DNA from: Eubacteriales bacterium
Lineage (GTDB): Bacteria > Bacillota > Clostridia > Christensenellales > CAG-917
Direction: 5' to 3'
DNA: 64,000 bases
Assembly (NCBI GenBank): GCA_035449045.1
Contig: DAOTKC010000002.1
Span: 30,192-94,191 of the forward strand
Positions 45,426 to 54,803 of this stretch are shown piece by piece (position 1 is the stretch's first letter; each line of letters begins with the position of its first letter). The notes beneath the pieces are model-generated. The model was not told the origin of the DNA. It was given only the letters and a program-made list of their open reading frames with translations, and searched no databases. A program made the translations under genes and the position numbers.

Positions 45426-46775
45426 CTAATTTTTGTTGCTGTGAATCGGCGCGGGAATTCTGCCGCCGCGCGCAATGAATGCGTCGGCGTTCTCGGCGCT
45501 CACCTTCATGATGGGGGCGCGTCCCAAAAGCCCGCCGAACTCCACGAAACCTTCATTTTTTCCGAATACGGGAATGATTCTGACAGCTGTGGTCTTGTTG
45601 TTAATTATTCCGATTGCCGCCTCGTCGGCGATGATTGCCGAAACGGTGGCGGCCGAGGTATCGCCCGGCACAGCTATCATGTCCAGCCCCACGCTGCAGA
45701 CCGCCGTCATCGCTTCCAGCTTTTCAAGCGACAGCGCGCCCTTGGCGACGGCTTCCGTCATGCCTATGTCCTCGCTGACGGGAATGAAGGCGCCCGAAAG
45801 CCCGCCGACGTGGCTGCTCGCCATGACTCCACCCTTTTTGACGGCATCGTTGAGAAGGGCAAGACAGGCGGTAGTGCCCGGCGCTCCCACCGAAGAGAGC
45901 CCGATTTCCTCTAAGATATGCGCCACGCTGTCGCCTTTTTCGGGGGTGGGAGCAAGGGACAAATCCACTATTCCGAAGGACGCGCCGAGGTTTTGGGCGG
46001 CTTCCCTCGCGACGAGCTCGCCTGCGCGGGTGATTTTGAAGGCGGTGCGCTTAATAGCCTCGGCAATCTCGGTGCAATCGGCGCCTTTCATGCCGTCGAG
46101 CGCCGCCTTAACGACGCCCGGCCCGCTTATGCCCACGTTGACGACGGCGTCGCCCTCGCCTATGCCGTTAAAAGAGCCCGCCATAAAGGGGTTATCTTCG
46201 ACGGCGTTGGCGAAAATCACCAGCTTGGCGCATCCGATGCTGTTACTTTCGGCGGTCAGCTCGGCAGTCTTTTTAATGAGCTCGCCCGCGATTTTGACGG
46301 CGTCCATATTGATGCCGGCGCGGGTGGAGCCGATGTTGACGCTGGCGCAGACGCGCTCCGTTTCCGCGAGCGCCTCGGGTATAGTATACAAAAACTCGCG
46401 TTCAAAATCCGTAATGCCCTTTTGAACGAGGGCGGAATATCCGCCGACGAAGTCGATGCCGCTTTCCTTGGCCGCTCTGTCGACGGCGGCCGCGAGCTCG
46501 AGGTAAGCTCCGCTCGAAGCTCCGATTAGTGACAGCGGCGACAGCGAAACCCGCTTGTTTATAATGGGAATGCCGTATTTCGCGGCAATCTGCTCGCCCA
46601 CCTCTTTGAGCTTGCCGGCACGGCGCATTATTTTATCGTAGACCCGCCTTACGACCTCGGATTTGACGCTTGAAATGCAATCGAAAAGCGAAAGATGCAG
46701 CGTTATCGTCCTGATGTCGAGATGCTGATCTTTAATCATCTGAATGGTTTGGTAAATTTCACTCGTATTAATCAT
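45426..46775 (-). CDS. UPF0210 (DUF711, PFL-like) family protein
   Basis: 449 aa. The N-terminus [18 protein letters not shown] and overall Gly/Ala-rich pattern are typical of UPF0210. It sits directly downstream of its usual ACT-domain partner. Confidence 0.75.
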   Translation of the reverse strand: MINTSEIYQTIQMIKDQHLDIRTITLHLSLFDCISSVKSEVVRRVYDKIMRRAGKLKEVGEQIAAKYGIPIINKRVSLSPLSLIGASSGAYLELAAAVDRAAKESGIDFVGGYSALVQKGITDFEREFLYTIPEALAETERVCASVNIGSTRAGINMDAVKIAGELIKKTAELTAESNSIGCAKLVIFANAVEDNPFMAGSFNGIGEGDAVVNVGISGPGVVKAALDGMKGADCTEIAEAIKRTAFKITRAGELVAREAAQNLGASFGIVDLSLAPTPEKGDSVAHILEEIGLSSVGAPGTTACLALLNDAVKKGGVMASSHVGGLSGAFIPVSEDIGMTEAVAKGALSLEKLEAMTAVCSVGLDMIAVPGDTSAATVSAIIADEAAIGIINNKTTAVRIIPVFGKNEGFVEFGGLLGRAPIMKVSAENADAFIARGGRIPAPIHSNKN

Positions 46776-46876
46776 TTTTTCCCCATCGGCTAAGCCCTAT
46801 CGGCCGGAGTGAATAAGCCCGCTCATATTTTTGAAAATATAGTGACTCGGGCCATATTTATCTTTGTCTTGTCCGC

Positions 46877-47149
46877 TTAGCCGAGCTTGTGCATGGCGTT
46901 AAAGATGTTTTCATGCTGAATGCGGATTTCAACGCCGAGCCTTCCGGCCGCTTCCTGTAGCGGCGCGTTGATTTTATCGATCGTCAAGTCCTCGGGCATT
47001 TCGACGGCCATCAGCATGGTGAAATACTCGTTTTGGAAGATAGTCTGCGAAATGTCCAAAATGTTTATGTCGTTTTGAAAGAGCACCGTCGACACCGTGG
47101 CGATTATGCCCTTTTTATCCTTTCCGATAACCGAAACTATTGCTTTCAT
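46877..47149 (-). CDS. ACT-domain protein, UPF0237 family
   Basis: MKAIVSVIGKDKKGIIATVSTVL ACT motif, about 90 aa. I chose ATG 47149 (RBS GAGGG) because the ORF-track start 47206 overlaps the -35 box. Confidence 0.8.
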   Translation of the reverse strand: MKAIVSVIGKDKKGIIATVSTVLFQNDINILDISQTIFQNEYFTMLMAVEMPEDLTIDKINAPLQEAAGRLGVEIRIQHENIFNAMHKLG

Positions 47150-47177
47150 GTGTAAACCCTCAAAAAAATTTATATAA

Positions 47178-47206
47178 ATAATACCACTATTTGTAGCGTA
47201 TGGCAA
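47178..47206 (-). promoter_or_regulatory. Sigma-A-type promoter (extended -10) of the ACT/UPF0210 pair
   Basis: On the minus strand: TTGCCA (47206-47201), 17-nt spacer, TGgTATTAT (-10 at 47183-47178). Confidence 0.65.
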
Positions 47207-47237
47207 TTATTATCTATTATGGTGAAAATGCCTAATA

Positions 47238-47271
47238 CAAAAAGGCGGCATTAGCCGCCCCGCTTTTTTTT
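47238..47271 (-). terminator. Intrinsic terminator after the DUF4434-like gene
   Basis: GGCGGC-ATTA-GCCGCC (47244-47259), with a T-run on the minus strand. Confidence 0.75.
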
Positions 47272-47280
47272 AAGGATTAA

Positions 47281-48438
47281 TCAAAAGCCGCTTATCATTT
47301 CTATGTATTGGCTGTGAAATTCTTCTTTGTTATCCCGCGTGTTGTTGGGCGCGTCCGGCAAGCAAAAATGCGAATATGAAAAAGTGATAATCTTTTCGGC
47401 GAAGCGCGAGGCGGCCATGAGTTGCATTTTGATTCGTTCAAGGTCGGCGGTGTAAAAGCCGCCTTCGGGCGTGAAGATATTTTTGCTGGAAAACAGCTCG
47501 CAGTTCACCCACATTTTGACGTTGGGGTTGGCCTTTTTTCCCTCGTTGCAGCTGGTTAAAAAGCGGAGAGTGGCGGCGAGCGCGTCCTTTTCAACGCCGG
47601 TGAAGGAAATTTTGCCTATGCTGTCCTGAGGCGCGAAGATGTCGCCCGGGCGGAAGTTGACCGCCCTGAAAAACCTCGTCCACATCCGCTCGGTCGCGCC
47701 GCCCGGAAGCCGCACAAATTTGCTGACAAAAGGCGAGAAAAGCAGCGGCATATCAGGCGAAAGCTCGCTAATGTGAGCGATGGTCTTGTTCAGCATCCGC
47801 GCCCAATCCTTTTCCAGGCCGATTGGGTTTGTCCAAAGCTCCCATGACCAATACCAGCCGTAGAAGGCATTCGGGAAGCGCGACTTGTAGAGGGAGTAAA
47901 GCTCGTCGGCGATTTTGTTGTCGCGCTCGGCTTTGGCGAGGTGGTATTCGGTGCTATACATGCTTTTAAGCTTCCACCAGTCGTCGTCGTTAGCAAGCCC
48001 CAAAAACACCGCAAAGCCCTTGTTTTCGGCGGCTTCAAGCAGCCGCTCCGTCAAAAAGTCGTTGTCTGTATAGACGGTTTTATAGCCGGAAGCGATGTCG
48101 GCGGACGCGGGATAGTAAATATTCGCGGAGCACGCCGCCGACACCACTGTATACTGCCATAAAACGGTGTCGTAGCCCGCCTCGGCCAGCTTGTCCAAAT
48201 GATTTTCAAAATCACTTAATTCCCAGCCCTCGCACATCCAAGGCTGAATGAAATCGCCCGAAGGCGCCTTGATTTCACCCTCACAGCCCAAAAACTCCTT
48301 CTTAAATACGGCGGCCGCCGTGCCGTATCTGACGCCGACAAAAACGGCCGAAAACGCCGCAAGCGTAGTTACAATCACGATAAGGGCGATGAGAGCGGAT
48401 TTCCTCTTTGATAATTTCAAAGCCGATTTTACTTTCAT
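47281..48438 (-). CDS. Membrane-anchored hypothetical protein, possible DUF4434 glycoside-hydrolase-like TIM barrel
   Basis: N-terminal TM anchor. FIQPWMCEGW...LDKLAEAGYDTVLWQYTV resembles DUF4434, but the family call is tentative. Confidence 0.6.
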   Translation of the reverse strand: MKVKSALKLSKRKSALIALIVIVTTLAAFSAVFVGVRYGTAAAVFKKEFLGCEGEIKAPSGDFIQPWMCEGWELSDFENHLDKLAEAGYDTVLWQYTVVSAACSANIYYPASADIASGYKTVYTDNDFLTERLLEAAENKGFAVFLGLANDDDWWKLKSMYSTEYHLAKAERDNKIADELYSLYKSRFPNAFYGWYWSWELWTNPIGLEKDWARMLNKTIAHISELSPDMPLLFSPFVSKFVRLPGGATERMWTRFFRAVNFRPGDIFAPQDSIGKISFTGVEKDALAATLRFLTSCNEGKKANPNVKMWVNCELFSSKNIFTPEGGFYTADLERIKMQLMAASRFAEKIITFSYSHFCLPDAPNNTRDNKEEFHSQYIEMISGF

Positions 48439-48480
48439 AAGCCTATATTAGCATAAGCTTTGCTTATCTTCAATGAGATT

Positions 48481-48553
48481 TTGCTATGATGGTTTTTGCG
48501 GCGAACGAAAAACGAAAAACGAAATCGCTCAACTTTGGTTGCTATGATTGTTT
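48481..48553 (+). repeat. Dispersed heptad-built intergenic element, copy 4 (core only), bracketed by 15-bp direct repeats
   Basis: TTGCTATGATGGTTT (48481-48495), then a 43-nt core containing GCGGCGAACGAAAAACGAAAAACGAAATCGCTCAAC, then TTGCTATGATTGTTT (48539-48553). Hairpin GTAGGCG-CCG-CCGCCTAC follows (48554-48571). Confidence 0.8.
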
Positions 48554-48644
48554 GGTAGGCGCCGCCGCCTACTCGGTTAATTTTTGCTTTAAGTTTTTTG
48601 TTGGGCGTGTTATCATAATTTTAGAATATTTAGGGCGGTTGATT

Positions 48645-51164
48645 ATGAATATCATCGATTTAAGAGGCGAGTGGGAGCTTATCGATTTGACGAGCGGGGA
48701 AAGCGTTCCCGCAATTGTTCCCGGCTCGAACTATCTTGACTTAATGCGGGCGGGAAAGCTCGCCGATCCATTTTTCCGCGATAACGAAAAAGCGGCGCTC
48801 CGGGTTGCCGAGAGAGATTGGAAATACAAAAGAAAGTTTTGGCTTAAAGAAAGCGATATTGAGAGCGGAAGCACGGAGCTTTTTTTAAACGGCGTCGATA
48901 CGCTCGCCGAGCTTTACCTAAACGGCAAGTTTGTGAGTAATTTCGACAACGCTTTCAGAAATTGGCGCATAGACGCCGCGCCTTTCGTTAAAGCGGGAGA
49001 AAACGAAATCGAGTTTATTTTCCGCTCGCCGATAAAATACTGCCTTGAAAGGCAAGCCGAACGGCCGATAATCAAAAACCACATGAGCGTCGCCGGTGCC
49101 AACTATTTGCGAAAGCCCGCCTATCACTTCGGCTGGGATTGGGGCCCCAGGCTTCCCCTTTCGGGGTTGACGGGCGACATTGGGATTGAAAATTTTGAGG
49201 CAAGACTGTCCAAAACCGACATTAAAACTGAAATATCGGCGGGCGCGGCGCGCTTGACCTTTTCTGCCGAGGTCGAGGGAACTTGCCCGAAAGGCGCGCG
49301 TCTTGAAATAAAGCTTACCGGCCCTGATGGTAAAATTCACAATTATTTCGGCGAAATAAAAGACGGCAGGGCGGAAGCGGCCGCCGAAATTAGAAACCCC
49401 GAGCTTTGGTATCCGAACGGCTGCGGCGGACAACCGCTTTATAAGGCGGAGTTTTACTTACTTTGTGACGGCGCGATTTTGGACTATAAGGCAAAAACAA
49501 TTGGTATCAGAGATATAAAACTCGATACCTCGCCCGATGAAAGTGGCAATACTTTCAGATTTATCGTAAACGGCGAGCCCATCTTTATGAAAGGCGCCAA
49601 CTATATCCCATCCGACAGCTTCGTGACGAGAACGACCGAAAAGGAGCTGGAATACATAATAAAAAGTGCGGCGGACGCCAACATGAACATGCTGCGGGTG
49701 TGGGGCGGCGGCTACTATGAAAGCGACGCTTTTTACGAGCTCTGCGACCGCTACGGCATATTGGTGTGGCAGGATTTCTGCTTCGCCTGCTACCCCTATC
49801 CCTTTTTCGACGAGAAGTTCACCGAGAGCGCACTTTCGGAGGCGCGAGACAATGTCGAGCGGATAAAGCACCACGCTTCGCTGGCGCTTTGGTGCGGCAA
49901 CAACGAAATTGAGTCCTTGGCTCCCCTTTGGATGTCCGACACCGAACTCAAGCGCGTGCAGAAGGATTTTTTCTACAATAGACTTCCCGAGGTTGTCGCC
50001 GAGGCGGATCCTTCGACGTCATACTGGGCAAGCTCGCCGAGCTCGGGCATCTCGTTTTCTAAGACGGGCTCCGACGACATCGGCGACACCCATCTCTGGC
50101 ACGTCTGGCACGGGCTGAGAGCGGCCGCCTACTATGAAAAACGGCCTTCGCGCTTTGTCAGTGAGTTCGGAATGCAGTCGCTGCCGACATATTTTACAGT
50201 CGAGAGCTTTACCGAAGAAACCGACCGCAGCTTGAACTCGGTGGTTATGAAAGAGCGTCAAAAATGCGGCGGCGGCAACTCTAAACTGATGTATTATATC
50301 TTGTCCTCATACCGCGCACCCGGGAGCTTTTATGAGCTCACCTATCTTTCCAACCTCATGCAGGCCGAAACCATCTCCCGCGCCGTCCTTGGCTGGCGCA
50401 ACCAAATCGGGCGCTGCTGGGGCACGCTCTATTGGCAACTGAACGACTGCTGGCCGGCGATATCATGGGCGGGCATGGACTACGGCGGCGGCTACAAAAC
50501 GCTTCAATATTTCGCCAAACGCTTTTTTAATCCGGTCGCGATTTTCGCGGCGCCGAAAGGCGGCGCGGTCTCGGTAAACGTCATCAACGACCGAAGCGAG
50601 CCTCTCAAGGGAAAATTGCGCTATACGGTTTATGATTTTTCGGGCAAAGTCCTATCCTTCGGCGAAAATGCGGGAGAAATTCCCGAAAAATCCTCGGCGC
50701 ATTTTTTGGACATCTCGCCGAAAAAACTCGGTATCAACCCTAAAAATTCGGTTTTGAAGGTGGAGTTTATAGATAATAAAGGCGCCGTCCTAGCTTGTGA
50801 AAGCTCGCTCTTTTTGAAGGATAGAAGCGTAAAGCTTCCCGATGCGCCGATAGAAATCACCAAAAAAATCGAAGGCGGGCGCCTCATTGTTACTCTTAAA
50901 TCGGAAGTATTTTCGCGCCGCGTCTTCGTTGACGCCAAGGGAATGACTTCCAAGTTTTCCCAAAATTATTTCGACCTTTTCCCCGGCGAAACCAAAACGG
51001 TGTTTTTGGAGCTTGAAGAAAACGCCGAAGACTTGAGCGTGTCGGCGCTTTCGCTTAATATGCTGAAGCCGCAAAAAAGCCGGGCGGCCGAGTTTTTGAT
51101 TAAGGCAAAGGCCGTGCTCGAGCCGATGAACTTTATAAACATGATAGGCCAGCTTTTTAACTGA
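48645..51164 (+). CDS. GH2 beta-mannosidase
   Basis: MNIIDLRGEWEL start, acid/base WCGNNEIE, nucleophile FVSEFGMQS, about 840 aa. I chose ATG 48645 (RBS AGGGCGG) because the ORF-track start 48486 lies in the repeat element. Confidence 0.8.
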   Translation: MNIIDLRGEWELIDLTSGESVPAIVPGSNYLDLMRAGKLADPFFRDNEKAALRVAERDWKYKRKFWLKESDIESGSTELFLNGVDTLAELYLNGKFVSNFDNAFRNWRIDAAPFVKAGENEIEFIFRSPIKYCLERQAERPIIKNHMSVAGANYLRKPAYHFGWDWGPRLPLSGLTGDIGIENFEARLSKTDIKTEISAGAARLTFSAEVEGTCPKGARLEIKLTGPDGKIHNYFGEIKDGRAEAAAEIRNPELWYPNGCGGQPLYKAEFYLLCDGAILDYKAKTIGIRDIKLDTSPDESGNTFRFIVNGEPIFMKGANYIPSDSFVTRTTEKELEYIIKSAADANMNMLRVWGGGYYESDAFYELCDRYGILVWQDFCFACYPYPFFDEKFTESALSEARDNVERIKHHASLALWCGNNEIESLAPLWMSDTELKRVQKDFFYNRLPEVVAEADPSTSYWASSPSSGISFSKTGSDDIGDTHLWHVWHGLRAAAYYEKRPSRFVSEFGMQSLPTYFTVESFTEETDRSLNSVVMKERQKCGGGNSKLMYYILSSYRAPGSFYELTYLSNLMQAETISRAVLGWRNQIGRCWGTLYWQLNDCWPAISWAGMDYGGGYKTLQYFAKRFFNPVAIFAAPKGGAVSVNVINDRSEPLKGKLRYTVYDFSGKVLSFGENAGEIPEKSSAHFLDISPKKLGINPKNSVLKVEFIDNKGAVLACESSLFLKDRSVKLPDAPIEITKKIEGGRLIVTLKSEVFSRRVFVDAKGMTSKFSQNYFDLFPGETKTVFLELEENAEDLSVSALSLNMLKPQKSRAAEFLIKAKAVLEPMNFINMIGQLFN

Positions 51165-51270
51165 AACCATAGAGCAGCCTCAACCGATTTTTGTGGGTTT
51201 TGAGCTGATAGGGCTTGTCTTTCGGTGAATTGGCAAACGGCGCTTAAATAAATTAATAAAGCCCTCTCTC

Positions 51271-51296
51271 AAAGCGGCGCTAGGCCGCTTTCGCTA
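51271..51296 (+). terminator. Probable intrinsic terminator after the beta-mannosidase gene
   Basis: AAAGCGGC-GCTAG-GCCGCTTT. The T-tract is short and interrupted. Confidence 0.5.
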
Positions 51297-51408
51297 TTTG
51301 GCGTATACATAAAAAAAGGCTCAAACTGCATTTTTTGTTAACAATTTGAATATTTATGCTCATAAAAAATATTTTATACATATTTAAAATAATTTTATAC
51401 AAAATCGG

Positions 51409-51437
51409 TTGACTGATATTTAATTAGTGCGTATAAT
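51409..51437 (+). promoter_or_regulatory. Sigma-A-type promoter of the arg operon
   Basis: TTGACT (51409-51414), 17-nt spacer, TATAAT (51432-51437). It lies in a very AT-rich upstream region. Confidence 0.75.
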
Positions 51438-51459
51438 TATTCTATATTTTGGAGAAGCG

Positions 51460-52392
51460 ATGATTAAGGTTTTTATCGACGGAAGCGAAGGAACGACGGG
51501 CTTGAAAATACGCGAGCGGCTGATAAGCCGCGCCGACGTTTCGCTTATTTCGCTACCCGACGAAAAAAAGAAAGAAAGCGAAGCGAAAAAGGCGGCGATG
51601 AGCGGGGCCGATGTCGTCGTTTTGTGCCTGCCCGACGCCGCCGCAATCGAGAGCGCAACGCTTGCCGAAAGCTTGGGCGTCAAAATCATCGACGCATCCA
51701 CCGCCCACCGCACCGCGTCGGGTTGGGTCTACGGCTTTCCCGAGCTCAGGGGTTTTCGCGAGAAAATTAAGGGCGCGTCCAAGGTTGCAGTGCCCGGCTG
51801 CCACGCCACAGGTTTTTTGGCGATAGTTTATCCCTTGGTAGAAATGGAGATTTTGAGTGACGACTATCCCGTAGTCTGCCACTCGGTGACGGGCTACAGC
51901 GGCGGCGGCAAGAGCATGATAGCGGAATATAAAAGCGAAAAAAGAAACATTGAGCTTGACAGCCCGCGCCAATACGCCCTAACGCAAAATCACAAGCACT
52001 TGAGAGAGATGACTAAGGTGGCGGGGCTTAAGTCCGCGCCCGCCTTCTCGCCCATCGTCGCCGACTATTTTTCGGGCATGGCGGTGACCGTCCCGCTGTT
52101 TGCGCGGCTGCTTAATAAAAACATTGAAAAGCGTGAGCTTTTTGAAATGCTTTCTGATTATTACTCCGCCGAAAAGGCGGTTAAAGTGTCAAATTGCGAC
52201 GGTGAAGTGTCGTTTTTGGCGGCAAACACCTTTTCGGGCACCGACGGCTTGGAGATTACGGTGGCGGGAAACGAGGATAGAATCACCTTGATTTCGCGCT
52301 TCGACAACCTCGGCAAAGGCGCCTCGGGCGCCGCCGTGCAGTGCTTGAACATCATGGCGGGAGCGGAGGAATTTCTTTCTCTGAAACTATAA
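51460..52392 (+). CDS. argC: N-acetyl-gamma-glutamyl-phosphate reductase (short type)
   Basis: MIKVFIDGSEGTTGLKI start, active-site PGCHATG, about 310 aa. I chose ATG 51460 (RBS GGAGAAG). Confidence 0.9.
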   Translation: MIKVFIDGSEGTTGLKIRERLISRADVSLISLPDEKKKESEAKKAAMSGADVVVLCLPDAAAIESATLAESLGVKIIDASTAHRTASGWVYGFPELRGFREKIKGASKVAVPGCHATGFLAIVYPLVEMEILSDDYPVVCHSVTGYSGGGKSMIAEYKSEKRNIELDSPRQYALTQNHKHLREMTKVAGLKSAPAFSPIVADYFSGMAVTVPLFARLLNKNIEKRELFEMLSDYYSAEKAVKVSNCDGEVSFLAANTFSGTDGLEITVAGNEDRITLISRFDNLGKGASGAAVQCLNIMAGAEEFLSLKL

Positions 52393-52510
52393 AAGTCACA
52401 ACGCTCGGACTTGTTTGGGTTCGCGACTAAAAGTTTGAAATAAAAAAATTAAGAGAATAAGCAGAAAATGCAGTTCTTCAAGTAAGAAAAATTATTTAAG
52501 GGACAAAAAA

Positions 52511-53725
52511 ATGGATTTTATAAGCGGAGGCGTGTGCGCTCCCAAAGGATTTAAAGCTTCGGGAGTGCATTGCGGAATAAGGAAGAACAAATCGAAGCGC
52601 GACCTCGCCCTCATTTATTCGGAGGCCGAGGCGGCGGCCGCCGCGGTCTACACAAAAAACCTCGTCAAAGGCGCGCCGATTTTGGTTACCAAGAAAAACC
52701 TTTCGGACGGCCGCGCGCGTGCTGTCATATGCAACAGCGGCAACGCCAACACCTGCAACGCCGACGGCGTTGAAATTGCCGAGGCGATGTGCCGTCTTTT
52801 GGCGGACGAACTGAAAATCTCGCCCGCGGACGTCATAGTGGCGTCGACGGGCGTCATCGGCCAGCCCCTGCCCATCGAGCCTATTAAAAATGGCATAAAG
52901 CCGCTTGTCGCCGCGCTGGGAAACGGCAACAGCGCGCTTGCGGCCGAGGCGATTATGACGACCGACACCGCGCTTAAGGAAGTTGCGGCGACGTTTGAAA
53001 TCGACGGCAAGACCTGCACCGTGGGCGGCATCGCCAAGGGCTCGGGCATGATTAACCCAAACATGGCGACAATGCTGGTCTTTATTACGACCGACGCCGC
53101 GATAACTCCCGAGATGCTCACCCTTGCGCTCAAAGAGGACGTCAAGGACTCTTTCAACATGATTTCGGTGGACGGCGACACCTCCACCAATGATATGGTT
53201 TCGGTGATGGCGAACGGAACGGCGCAAAACAAACTAATCGACAAAAAGAATGCCGCCTATCGCAAATTTAAAGAGGCGCTCTTTGAAGTCACAAAATATC
53301 TTTGCCGCGCCATAGCCAAGGATGGCGAGGGCGCGACAAAGCTCATCGAATGCCGCGTTTTTGGCGCCGCATCCAAAAAGACGGCGCGCACGGTTGCCAA
53401 AGCGGTCATATCGTCAAGTTTAGTTAAATCGGCGATATTCGGCGCCGATGCAAATTGGGGCAGGATACTCTGCGCTGCCGGTTATTCGGGCGCCGATATC
53501 GACGTCGAAAAGGTGGACGTTTCCTTTGAATCAAGCGCGGGCGCGGTGGCGGTCTGCAAAAGCGGCGCCTCCATTGATTTCGACGAGCCGCTGGCAAAAG
53601 CCGTTTTATCCGAAAGCGAGATAATTATTAATGTCAAGCTGAACGCGGGGAAGGCCTCGGCCACGGCGTGGGGGTGCGACCTCACCGAAGCCTACGTCAA
53701 AATAAACAGCGGCTATCGGACTTAA
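52511..53725 (+). CDS. argJ: Bifunctional ornithine acetyltransferase / N-acetylglutamate synthase
   Basis: Motifs KGFKASGVHCGI, NSGNANTC and autoprocessing-site region MATMLVFITTDA. Confidence 0.9.
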   Translation: MDFISGGVCAPKGFKASGVHCGIRKNKSKRDLALIYSEAEAAAAAVYTKNLVKGAPILVTKKNLSDGRARAVICNSGNANTCNADGVEIAEAMCRLLADELKISPADVIVASTGVIGQPLPIEPIKNGIKPLVAALGNGNSALAAEAIMTTDTALKEVAATFEIDGKTCTVGGIAKGSGMINPNMATMLVFITTDAAITPEMLTLALKEDVKDSFNMISVDGDTSTNDMVSVMANGTAQNKLIDKKNAAYRKFKEALFEVTKYLCRAIAKDGEGATKLIECRVFGAASKKTARTVAKAVISSSLVKSAIFGADANWGRILCAAGYSGADIDVEKVDVSFESSAGAVAVCKSGASIDFDEPLAKAVLSESEIIINVKLNAGKASATAWGCDLTEAYVKINSGYRT

Positions 53726-53827
53726 TTAGAAAATAAAGCCGGTGTTCGGTGAAGAAATCGAACGCAAATAATCAAGAGTAAGATAACGAGAAAAGCAAGA
53801 TAAAAAATAAAAAGCTAAGGTAGAAAA

Positions 53828-54676
53828 ATGATTACAAACGCCGAAAAAGCGGGAATTTTAATTGAGGCGCTGCCGTATATTCAGAAATATTACGGCAAAA
53901 TAATCGTCGTCAAATACGGCGGCAACGCCATGAAGAGCGAGGATTTGAAAAAGGCCGTAATGGGCGATATCGTGCTGCTTTCGCTCATCGGAATAAAGGT
54001 CGTCTTAGTTCACGGCGGCGGCCCCGAAATAACCGATACAATGGAGAAAATGGGCATAAAGCCCAAGTTTATCGACGGCCTCCGCTATACCGACAAAGAG
54101 ACCGCCGACATCGTGCAGATGGTGCTGGCAGGCAAGGTCAACAAAGATTTGGTCAAGCTGATTGAGAGCATCGGCGGCAACGCAATAGGCCTTTCGGGCA
54201 TCGACGCGCGCCTGATTGAGGCCGCGCCCGTGTCCGACGCGCTGGGTTACGTCGGCGCCATAACCGCCATCAATCCCAAGCCCATTAGCGACCTTCTCGA
54301 GCGCGGCTATATACCCGTCATCTCCACGGTGGGATGCGACAAGGATGGCAACTCCTACAACATCAACGCCGATACCGCCGCGGCAGGCATAGCCGGCGTT
54401 TTGAAGGCGGAAAGCCTCATCAACATGACCGACATAAAGGGCGTGCTCAAAGATAAGGACGACGACAAGACGCTGATTCCGGTCATTCAGGTCAGCGAGG
54501 TTCCCTCGCTCGTCAAGCAGGGCGTCATTTCGGGCGGCATGATTCCCAAAATCGAGTGCTGTGTCGAGGCAATCCGCCGCGGCGTCAAAAAGGTGTTTGT
54601 CATAGACGGCAGAGTGCCCCACTCCATTCTTATCGAGATTCTCTCCGATACCGGCATAGGCACGATGTTTATTTAA
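53828..54676 (+). CDS. argB: Acetylglutamate kinase
   Basis: Motifs VVKYGGNAM, VLVHGGGPEI and NINADTAA. Confidence 0.9.
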   Translation: MITNAEKAGILIEALPYIQKYYGKIIVVKYGGNAMKSEDLKKAVMGDIVLLSLIGIKVVLVHGGGPEITDTMEKMGIKPKFIDGLRYTDKETADIVQMVLAGKVNKDLVKLIESIGGNAIGLSGIDARLIEAAPVSDALGYVGAITAINPKPISDLLERGYIPVISTVGCDKDGNSYNINADTAAAGIAGVLKAESLINMTDIKGVLKDKDDDKTLIPVIQVSEVPSLVKQGVISGGMIPKIECCVEAIRRGVKKVFVIDGRVPHSILIEILSDTGIGTMFI

Positions 54677-54803
54677 ATTGATAACGATTTGTAATAAATT
54701 TAGGCGTAACCGAGAACAAGCAAACAAAAAAACAATCAAGTAAAAATATTAAATTAACTTCGATTTTTATTGATATATAGCAAGCTAAAAAAAGGCGAAA
54801 AAA

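Noticed and set aside
45475-46529. Long plus-strand ORFs (316 aa and 203 aa) antisense to the UPF0210 gene
   Set aside because: Their translations are Ala/Ser/Pro/Gly-rich and low in complexity, with no RBS and no motifs. They fully overlap a well-supported gene. They are typical shadow ORFs of a GC-rich, Ala/Gly-rich coding region.
51335-51400. ArgR/AhrC ARG boxes upstream of argC (for example TTGAATATTTATGCTCA)
   Set aside because: Only a partial match to TGAAT-w4-ATTCA. The region is extremely AT-rich, so such matches are expected by chance. A position weight matrix scan and cross-species conservation would be needed.
52496-54739. Minus-strand ORFs of 243, 198 and 244 aa antisense to argJ and argB. 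The same pattern occurs at 19203-19931, 28146-28838, 30122-30820, 37722-38372 and 37985-38728.
   Set aside because: The translations are Arg/Gly/His-rich nonsense. Each is fully nested in a gene with strong family motifs, and none has a start context. They are shadow or alternative-frame ORFs.
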